Positions 25,901 through 32,366 of a stretch of 32,366 nt of DNA are shown here, piece by piece; the first letter of the stretch is position 1, and each line of letters begins with the position of its first letter. The notes under the pieces are model-generated. The model was not told the DNA's origin and ran no database searches. It saw only the letters and a list, made by a program, of their open reading frames with translations. Made by a program: the position numbers and the translations under genes. The DNA is taken from NCBI GenBank assembly GCA_964200185.2, contig CAXNAD020000070.1:1-32366 (forward strand), read 5' to 3'. This DNA comes from Choristocarpus tenellus KU-1152. Taxonomy: Eukaryota; Protista; Phaeophyceae.

Positions 25901-28885
25901 TAATTAATGAAAGAAATATTATGTACGTAACAGAATAAAAGAAAGGAGTGTATCCAGTGATTCGTTAAAATCTGACCTACATAATTGAGGTCATTTGACT
26001 CCATTCACAGTACATCTTTGGATTCAACATAATACCCTGCGTCAGCAAAAGCAAGTGAGAGACTACAGAAGGTGAGGAAAAAAAACAAGTGTACAGCTGT
26101 GACCTCTGATCGGATTCCACAAGTTGTAACTGGTCGAAATCAGCGGGAAAATCTACTTCCCTACTGTTGTTTTTAAACCCATACATGATGTATCTACATC
26201 AACAGAGAGATTACACAAGCAACTGGAAAATTATACCAAGGCGCCTTAAGCCATTGATTCATCGCACATTAAAAAAATTAACCTAATTAAAAAATGAAGT
26301 CTCCAATTCTGCAGAGTATTTTCATAGTAGTATATCTTAGGTGGTTAAGCACCTTTTCTATACAAACAAGAATATGAACAGAACTGGACAACTGCAGGGG
26401 AAAAAGGCTGTTTCAAGCACATTTTCCTACCTTGTACCTCCAATACTGAGTAGCTGAATCATGCGTGCACAAGCCTTCGTGTCATGCCAAGGTAGACAGC
26501 ACTCCATTACAGCATCAACATTGTATTGATACACCTGGATAATCAGTAGCACCTAACGTCAGCTCAACCAGAGTAGGATAGTGGGGTCTGGAGGAATTCA
26601 AAAGGAAACCAGACCACCAAATATCATTCATTACAGTTATCCTACTATATTTCACATCCACTTCAGATACGCAGTGTCAGACTCCTGACAAACATTAACA
26701 TCAATGGATCAATTTTAGTTCTATTTAATCAGTTGTGTATTTCAACTGAAATCAAAATTTCATTGCTTCTCAAGGCATGATCATCAGCAAGACGCATTAT
26801 GGGCATTAAGCATGCTCATTGATAAAGAAAATGCTAGACCCTTAGATGTTCAAACTATTGAACTCTCTTTAGCAACAGAAATCTACGTCCCTCCAATACG
26901 TAACCACAGTGTGGAGAGAGGGAAACTCTGAAAGTTTTGAGGTACACCTTAAAGGGTCCCTATTGTACTACCTAGGGCCGGTGATGTAATCACTTTTCTG
27001 CTTCAGGGCACCACAGAATACTACATACACCCATACACAAGGTATTATGTGCCTACACCGCAAAGGCATGGCGAGGTTTAAAATCATTTGGGGTTATTTC
27101 ACATGTAGCCCTCATTGTTCTACAGGATTGCCAAGGTATTCTATATCATTTTTGTGTTCAGTAACACAGTGGAGATCCTCACAATTGTTTGATGATAAGG
27201 GGCACAGTTTCAGATGCAGCCTTTACTGTGCGACAAGCAATCTACCGTAGTTCATCAGAAGGGGATGCACAATCTCAGTAGTGTTAGGGGTCAGTGTTCT
27301 GTAGAAAAAAATCAAATCCAGTGTGGGGACATAGTACATGGATTCAAACAACCTCATCAAATGGGTGACGCACAACCCGAATGGGTGTAAAAACAAGCAT
27401 AATTACCTTAGGAAGGAGAAAAATGCCTACGAGGTGGGAACTTCCACTAAAACAGACTAGGCAACAAGTACAACCACAAGATACTTAACAAAACACTAAC
27501 CAGAACCAGGTTGGTTTGTGGAAGTATGCAAGGAGTTACAACCCATTTATATACCTTGATGTGATGAAGGACTCTCATCCAGTCCAGGGTTAAAGGGAAG
27601 AACTGCACATTTAAAGCTGCACTTATACCAACGGGACAGTGCAAAGGTTGCTAGTGGGTCCAGGGGATTATTCTGCCTGTCTGATTCAACAGTTACGGAT
27701 GACGTACCTTATAGTGCCGTACAAGATATTCCATCACAAGATGTGCCTCACGGGATGCAAAGTGTGGACTCAACAGTCGAAGGAATGCCTCCAAGCTTGC
27801 ATCGATTTTCTTATTGTCATCCCTTGTCTGAAGTTCTCTCAGTGTGCCCTCAGACTCCTTGCTGAAAAGAGTGTCCTGGGAGAGTAAAGGAGTGGATAGT
27901 GGAGCTTCCAATTGTGAACGGTTTACGTATATATACAAACACTATTAAATTTAGGAGAGGTGGAACCCCCTGTTGAAAACAAAAGCTGCTGGAAATATTT
28001 AACGTAGAACAAGGTACAAGAAGATTTTTCTGGGCAAGCCGTGCTTAAATTTTATATCTCAGAGAAGGCACCATCACTTCTGTTCACACAAGAAAGGGGC
28101 GAGGGATAGTTCTATCGGTCTACCTGCCCTTCACCCTACTCCTGTCCTCACTCCATGCACATCACAACGACATACCTTGTACGGGGAAAACAAGTGATTC
28201 AGAGCCTCCAAACGCTGCAAGCCAGACAACGCTGCTTCCCGCACTGACGACAGGTCGACCTCTGCTGCCTATCAGAATAGGATACGTAGTGATACATAGG
28301 CAAGGATAGGAAACAGATCGATTTGAACTGGTAAGGTAGACGAAATGGAAAATGCAGCGTAGCCATGGGAGGGTTGAAATTATCTTATGCCACTTCCTGC
28401 GGTCATGCGTATCTCAATTACACTTATCTATTGGTAGATCTGGAATACTTGTAATAATCTCCATCTAACATTAATACGGAAAAGTGCTCAGAAGCTTGAC
28501 CTAGGGACGAGTGCCACTGGCAAAACTCTCTGGTCTCCGCATATGCGCAATTCACCAGGACAAAACCGCCAGAACAACATGAAATGCAACGCCTAGTTGC
28601 TTTGAAGGTTGTGCACCAAGGATTTGCACCACTCCACTGTCCAAGACAACTGCGTAGTCATACTATCTCTAATCCCTCTGAGTTATCTGGACCGAGCGAG
28701 TGCAGAGGTCCAACGAGAGAAAAAAAAATGTGTGGCCATCGCGACTCAAAGTGTATCATACGCACCTGGTCTGGAGACAGCAGTAACGACGGTTTTCCCT
28801 TCTTGCGTTGGAGGTAGGCACTTGGGGTTCCGGCCGCAGCATGTCTGAGAGCATCGACCTGCCGCCTTAGCGCAGAGGAAGCCAT
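1848..28885 (-). CDS. HEATR1: UTP10/HEATR1 (BAP28), HEAT-repeat U3 snoRNP/SSU processome protein; 28 exons, ~2798 aa
   Basis: The N-terminus (MASSALRRQV...KPSLLLSPDQAAEVDL...RELQTRDDNKKIDASLEAFLRLLSPHF...MEYLVRHYKVYQYNVDAVMECCLPWHDTK) matches the Utp10 N-terminal pattern. The C-terminal BP28CT/HEAT region (HLSEAQMRPVFLRLCEW...RRLSFY...LKSIFTPYF...EEFLALLPECIPFLSELLEDGDPDVE...IEGVLGESIESYL*) is also typical. Hand-assembled exons sum to 8397 nt with consistent phases and GT-AG boundaries. Confidence 0.95.
2737..3432 (-). CDS. HEATR1: HEATR1 exon 27
   Basis: cag|SIFTPYF...LLPECIPFLSELLE|gtgagg. Confidence 0.92.
3714..4052 (-). CDS. HEATR1: HEATR1 exon 26 (BP28CT region)
   Basis: cag|VVTGLS...ALDFRR...LSEAQMRPVF...SAGLK|gtcagt. 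Confidence 0.92.
4458..4960 (-). CDS. HEATR1: HEATR1 exon 25
   Basis: cag|gt DTSAS...LGPRAFPCLPRF...LPTFLSPYL...YIRE|gtatta. Confidence 0.9.
5224..5644 (-). CDS. HEATR1: HEATR1 exon 24
   Basis: aag|DAHVRRKALEM...NRQTALLSLDVLARSLG...LAQ g|gtgggt. Confidence 0.87.
6336..6410 (-). CDS. HEATR1: HEATR1 exon 23
   Basis: aag|VLDTLQSLFSIPSFIVVTQELLQHE|gtgagg. Confidence 0.85.
6790..6897 (-). CDS. HEATR1: HEATR1 exon 22
   Basis: cag|ELLLLLKT...LTAYD|gtgggt. Confidence 0.82.
7278..7530 (-). CDS. HEATR1: HEATR1 exon 21
   Basis: aag|g CEGNADENG...GFLLLCE|gtaagt. Confidence 0.82.
7984..8174 (-). CDS. HEATR1: HEATR1 exon 20
   Basis: aag|VNALVGLVQ...SAYDG|gtaggt; ends phase 2. Confidence 0.8.
8482..8638 (-). 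ncRNA. Intronic box H/ACA snoRNA, copy in intron 19
   Basis: Same structure and guide strands; ACA at 8485-8487; hinge AGAUGG; homology stops at the predicted RNA ends. Confidence 0.83.
9026..9286 (-). CDS. HEATR1: HEATR1 exon 19
   Basis: cag|VFVRVLDSTPVHSKTPLFGTLVGSLG...PRSQ|gtatgt. Confidence 0.88.
9979..10219 (-). CDS. HEATR1: HEATR1 exon 18
   Basis: cag|a NSGLLLLARM...TIVPAL...YVVE|gtgagc. Confidence 0.88.
10544..10632 (-). pseudogene. Diverged third copy of the snR53-like C/D RNA
   Basis: Plus strand cttgacatcga...ttcagctttagtgtgaaaagta...gggaagcatca aligns with the repeat unit; D box kept, guide altered, no clear C box. Confidence 0.6.
10893..10978 (-). ncRNA. Intronic box C/D snoRNA (snR53-like; predicted 18S site equivalent to yeast Am796), copy 1
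   Basis: Terminal stem gacgu/acguc; variant C box AGGAAGA; D' CUGA; C' GUGAUCU; D CUGA. The guide uuccaugcuaaug is complementary to 18S CAUUAGCAUGGAA, and D+5 falls on the A of UUAG. Confidence 0.8.
11120..11205 (-). ncRNA. Intronic box C/D snoRNA (snR53-like), copy 2
   Basis: Tandem duplicate 227 nt from copy 1; one substitution in the D' guide region. Confidence 0.8.
11918..12465 (-). CDS. HEATR1: HEATR1 exon 17
   Basis: aag|TDSAKE...VVQCIRDNPSPQTR|gtacga; conserved 'VQCIR..PQT' motif. Confidence 0.85.
13401..13959 (-). CDS. HEATR1: HEATR1 exon 16
   Basis: cag|g RCCSSLL...HPKK|gtgagt. Confidence 0.83.
14253..14409 (-). ncRNA. Intronic box H/ACA snoRNA, copy in intron 15
   Basis: Near-identical to the other two copies; compensatory stem change (positions 14281 and 14300); ACA at 14256-14258; hinge AGAUAG. 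Confidence 0.83.
14638..15176 (-). CDS. HEATR1: HEATR1 exon 15
   Basis: cag|CTRNAGLLL...WSEGIMR|gtgtga; phase 2; an alternative phase-2 donor lies near 14659. Confidence 0.8.
16118..16520 (-). CDS. HEATR1: HEATR1 exon 14
   Basis: cag|g SIVAWEG...FPVVLLALLSDRK|gtcagt. Confidence 0.85.
16800..17251 (-). CDS. HEATR1: HEATR1 exon 13
   Basis: cag|ILWKHCGPGARW...GAETEG|gtgagt; ends phase 2. Confidence 0.83.
18461..18615. mobile_element. MITE-like element with terminal inverted repeats, flanked by TA
   Basis: TA-tctgggagggggg ... ccctctcccaga-TA, plus an internal inverted pair tgtccatttg (18489-18498) / caaatggaca (18587-18596); non-coding, 155 bp. Confidence 0.6.
18766..19560 (-). CDS. HEATR1: HEATR1 exon 12
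   Basis: cag|VLFALLGSEF...DEGDLK|gtatgt; 265 codons. Confidence 0.85.
20117..20419 (-). CDS. HEATR1: HEATR1 exon 11
   Basis: tag|MTREE...VEHPLGTVRVQAL...LRRLRDEDPE|gtgata; HEAT-like motifs. Confidence 0.85.
20818..21072 (-). CDS. HEATR1: HEATR1 exon 10
   Basis: cag|VLRSLCQRYPADLD...HHLPLME|gtgagg. Confidence 0.87.
21569..21725 (-). ncRNA. Intronic box H/ACA snoRNA, copy in intron 9 (predicted guide for the LSU site equivalent to yeast Psi2191)
   Basis: Hairpin, H box AGAUGA (21651-21656), second hairpin, then ACA (21572-21574). The 3' pocket strands cugggca and aauca pair with rRNA UGAUU-[U]C-UGCCCAG, 14 nt from the ACA. Same sense as the host gene. Confidence 0.85.
21871..21947 (-). CDS. 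HEATR1: HEATR1 exon 9
   Basis: aag|(D)ERDAAMEVSEKKEIEISTLERGCQQ|gtgaaa. Confidence 0.68.
22510..22661 (-). CDS. HEATR1: HEATR1 exon 8
   Basis: cag|a VVENLGY...YLRAVSE g|gtgacc; donor chosen for phase-1 compatibility with exon 9; alternative donors exist. Confidence 0.72.
23426..23580 (-). CDS. HEATR1: HEATR1 exon 7
   Basis: cag|SQAGNF...SYDASAFLWAVVQR|gtgcgt; ends phase 2. Confidence 0.85.
24052..24149 (-). ncRNA. Candidate box C/D RNA, intron 6 copy A (orphan)
   Basis: Layout gcg-a-AGGAUGA ... CUGA-cgc gives canonical K-turn geometry; internal cuuguc/gacaag stem; D'-like cagAUGA; C'-like CUGAUCU; 98 nt. Confidence 0.55.
24316..24413 (-). ncRNA. Candidate box C/D RNA, intron 6 copy B (orphan)
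   Basis: Layout gcg-a-GUGAUGA ... CUGA-cgu; same internal motifs and the same 98-nt length as copy A. Confidence 0.58.
24573..24658 (-). pseudogene. Degenerate third copy of the intron 6 C/D-like family
   Basis: Keeps ucagAUGA, gauUGAUG and auCUGA; C box degenerate (GUAAUGC). Confidence 0.4.
25095..25241 (-). CDS. HEATR1: HEATR1 exon 6
   Basis: cag|MSAYMILAMVAERG...AIAVMQ|gtgggg. Confidence 0.88.
25522..25867 (-). CDS. HEATR1: HEATR1 exon 5
   Basis: cag|g WEFLGPVQ...HCPEFQ|gtacgc. Confidence 0.9.
26431..26534 (-). CDS. HEATR1: HEATR1 exon 4
   Basis: cag|VYQYNVDAVMECCLPWHDTKACARMIQLLSIGGTR|gtagga; ends phase 2, matching exon 5. Confidence 0.9.
27708..27875 (-). CDS. HEATR1: HEATR1 exon 3
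   Basis: cag|DTLFSKES...MEYLVRHYK|gtacgt. Confidence 0.92.
28176..28268 (-). CDS. HEATR1: HEATR1 exon 2
   Basis: tag|AAEVDLSSVREAALSGLQRLEALNHLFSPYK|gtatgt. Confidence 0.9.
28766..28885 (-). CDS. HEATR1: HEATR1 exon 1 (start codon)
   Basis: ATG...KPSLLLSPDQ|gtgcgt; phase 0. Confidence 0.9.
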
Positions 28886-29724
28886 CTACCCTAGACCACC
28901 TTCAACAAGTGTTGAAAGAGTAAGAGGATTAGATGAGAAAACACACAGAACGCTGACAGACACATCATCCGGATCAAGTATGTCGCAACTCCACGAAAAT
29001 GTACACAGTGTAGCGTGAATGACTCAAATCTAAGCTAATGAGGTCAACATTTCGACAAGGTAGTATTATACTATGGAGGGTATCACCACTAAGAAGCACC
29101 CTGAACACTTCTTGCGTCATGCACTCCCCGCCATCAGGCTACTGACATTTCTTCAAGATGCATGTTTCCCTTGCAAACATATTGGCATGAAGTTAAGAGT
29201 TCGGCGTGTACAGACAAAAGTCATATACATGTGGCAACGAATACAACATAGCGGAGCACCAAGGGAGAGCAGCACCTCGGTACATGGATGAGGCAATGAG
29301 ATAATTAATTGCCTACACCAAAGTGGACAAACTGAAGACAGCCAAAATATTCTCACCTATCGGTCAAAGCAGGACAGGTCTTTACATTCCCAAGGGGCTC
29401 ACCTGCCCAGGATGTGTGGAAGTGATATGGTTAAGTTCACAGCCACAGATAAGGGAATACCTCATATGGCGCGCAAACTCGCTCGCAGTATTTCCCATTT
29501 TGGAGTTTTTCTTTTTTGTACGTTAGAACCCTCCTTCCAAAGATCAGATTTTGTTCCCAAGAAATTCGTATTAGATATACTATGTAGTGGAAGGTACAGC
29601 TGTATGTTACGATCTTGTGCTAAATCACAAAAAGGGACGCGCGGAAAGATTTGAATCGTGATGGCGAAGATTCGAGGCAGTACTCACCAGATTCGAGGGA
29701 GGAGGTTAAACGACAAGGAGTGAA

Positions 29725-30135
29725 ACGGCTGGACCTAACAAGAGGACAGTGCATTAGTTGCAGTCCAACAGGCAGTTCATAGGGTAGAAAAAATACTGGT
29801 GCATCTCACCACGGGTCATGGGGATAGGTAGGATGGAAGTAGTGAAGAATTCATTTAGACAAAAAGTGAACAAATAATAGCAAAAGTAACATATCGCAAT
29901 GTGGGGCTGTGCAGTGTCGTGGAAGCCTTCAATTTCCCTCATTTGCGCCTCCACGAAGCACAAGCAATTCAGGGCTGCCATTCTCAATGCGAAGGAAGCA
30001 TTGGTGCCAACGATCTGAAGGCATTTCAGACTCCATCTTCGAAGAAGATGCTGTCCAGCTCTGTAGCGTTGCTGAAGGCAGTCGTAATGCATTGTGGAAC
30101 TGATGTCTACAGCAACCCTACCAACCTCCTGTAAC
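29725..30135 (+). mobile_element. Degenerate Ty1/copia RT C-terminus/RNase H remnant
   Basis: Across frameshifts it reads RLDL...HRVEKILVHL...MWGCAVSWKPSISLICASTKHKQFRAAILNAKEAL, resembling copia RPDI...H..AVKRILRYL...GAVSWKSKKQ..VA.ST.EAEY.A...A.KEAL. Confidence 0.5.
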
Positions 30136-31789
30136 ATAAGGAGGTGGAAGTCTGTTCATCGCTCTATTCTCTTGAACTAACGCCTACGGCTACCCTGCCT
30201 TCAGTCCATTAGCATCAAATTATGATATTGTGGTGAAGATTATGGATGCACATCAACTCTGAATATGTCCAGTCCAGGTGTGAATCGATAGTACACTTGA
30301 GACAGTAAATTTGAGTTATCACGTTAGGATCCATTGCTTGAGGTTATCAATGTAAAGTCAGACATTATCAGAATCAGCTGTCCTATCAAAAAGTCTATTT
30401 CAATATCTAGAGTCATATACAGATGGTAACATATTGAGTTTGTATGCCTGGCACAGAGACTACCTATCCACGACCAAGAATAGCAGTAGGTGTGGACGCG
30501 ACTGTACAGTCACAAACCAAAATAACGATACTGGAACGGGACAGTGCTCACAAGGGGGTGATACTGAACTGTATCCATGTATCGGCAAGAATGGCCTATA
30601 ATTCAACATTCTCACCCTTCATGAGTTAAATATTGATAGGATGTTGGAGCCCTATGCATCTCCGTTATTGTATCCCCTCAGGTGCAAGGTAGGCCAATGG
30701 GGTCATCATGACGACCAGGAATGAGGAAGGAGTTTGGAAGTGTCAGCTGCTGGGCTTGCAAACTGCAACCAGTTTAGAAATGCAGAGAGGAATGTATCAT
30801 CTGGGGTGGAGAGGGCTCGACACAAAACTAGCCAAGATGTGGGCACCGTCACCAAAAACCTCAACCACACCATAGTGACTATCATCTCCTGTTCGCTGAG
30901 ATAATATCTTCTGCACATATACTTGTGGATGCGTATCAATAGGTGTAGCACCTTGTATTGGGCGATTTCTGTTGTAGGTGTACACCATAATTTTGCAGTA
31001 TAAACAGTATGGAAACCATTGAGCTCCTTCAACACATTTGTCTTAATTTGTGTTATACAACCGCATAATATCCAAGTTCCAGGCTATCGCAGTCGTTTGA
31101 AGATCTATGGGTAATCTGAAGGCCGAAAAATAATAACTAGGGTTTAACTAAGTACGTATTAATTACCATGCCCATTTTGCTCGGCTAACATGCAAAAACC
31201 CCATTCGTTATTAAGCAATGCCAACGTGAACCGGCGATTTCGGAAGGCCTGTAGATGTAACTGATGCAAATTCTTGCTGGCTCTGGTCATCCCTTTTTGA
31301 GAGCCCACGTTCGATGACTACACGATACAACCTCAGAAGCAATACCACAAGTAGATATAATAACCCTCCCTTCCCTCCTTGAGAACACACGTTCAACTCT
31401 AATGTTTCAACTTCACCAAGTTCACAAAAGTAGTAATATTCCGGAGTGCAGGGCTCGTAACCGATAACATGGAGGATGGTGAGAATCATATATCAAAAAA
31501 CACCATCCTATTTCGCACCCTCAACTAGGAGATTTTTTTCCATTCATCTGTGGGTTGCAGGGTTGAGGGTTTATATGCGGGGCATAACCTACTGCGTTTC
31601 GTAATAGGCAAATTCTTGCCTCAAGAAATATTTAATTCGCCATATTTTTGCAGAGCAACTTTGCAGTTTGAGGGTGACACCAACTTAGAGCTCTATTAAT
31701 ATGGCTCGAAAGGAAGGTATTTTTATTTTTGCTTCTTCAGCACAACTATTGACTCTTCTTGTACACTTTCTTCCTGAAGGACTCTGCTT

Positions 31790-32070
31790 ATGTTATACTC
31801 CGGAGAAAGTATGTGTTGCTATTCGCATCCGGAAATAGGAAGCAAGGTGGTCAGGAGAAAAACTGGTGGATATGTTCCGGGGTTAGACATGAGGATTCTA
31901 TAATGTACAATAATAGCAGCTGTGCTACCCAGGGGAGTAAATTCCAGGATGCACTAAACTTGCACTTGCGTATCAAGCACCTACAATACCGTTTTCTGTA
32001 CGCACGACAGAGAAAACTATTCTGCTTCTTCAACCAGCCATCCATATATTGTAGAACTCTGATGTAAGAA
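31790..32070 (+). mobile_element. Second degenerate Ty1/copia RNase H remnant
   Basis: KYVLL...*EARWSGEKLVDM...IMYNNSSCA...LHLRIKHLQYRFLYARQ...IYCRT resembles copia EYVAL...EA.WLR..L.DL...IY.DN.SA...H.RTKHIDIRYHFIRE...YC.T. Confidence 0.55.
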
Positions 32071-32366
32071 GAAAACCAATGAATGAGCTGTAGCGAAACG
32101 AATGTGATACAGGAGAAAGCTCCAGCCGAACAGTGATCATACATAAATAAAATATAATACTTATGAAGCGTGTTATTCTGTGTTGGCGTGGTTCACTCAG
32201 GTCTGGGTGGTGAAGAGAATCACAAGGCAAGACGGACGCAGACAAGGCATGACGGACCGTAACCGAGAGGACGACGTTAAGGTTGGACAAGTGAATGAAA
32301 GTATCTTAGAGGGTACGAGTTTTGCCCTGTTTGTCCGTTTGGAGCTTGGCTTCCCATGGGTTCTTT

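Noticed and set aside
30706-31489. Minus-strand ORFs of 109 and 92 aa
   Set aside because: No recognisable motifs or exon structure; they lie between TE relics.

Overview
This is eukaryotic, intron-rich genomic DNA, probably from a brown-alga-like stramenopile (inferred from gene architecture only). Most of the window (1848-28885, minus strand) is one 28-exon gene for the SSU-processome protein UTP10/HEATR1 (BAP28). All 27 introns are GT-AG and their phases join into one 8397-nt frame (~2798 aa). The gene appears to be a multi-snoRNA host. Introns 9, 15 and 19 each carry a copy of a ~157-nt H/ACA RNA whose 3' pocket fits the LSU rRNA site equivalent to yeast Psi2191. Intron 17 carries a tandemly duplicated 86-nt C/D RNA with a 13-nt guide for the 18S site equivalent to yeast Am796, plus a decayed third copy. 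Intron 6 carries a family of orphan C/D-like RNAs. The H/ACA RNA also has a perfect 14-nt complement to a 3' splice site of its own host pre-mRNA. A TA-flanked MITE-like element lies in intron 12, and decayed Ty1/copia fragments lie upstream of the gene. rRNA sequences and numbering are recalled from general knowledge, not computed here.
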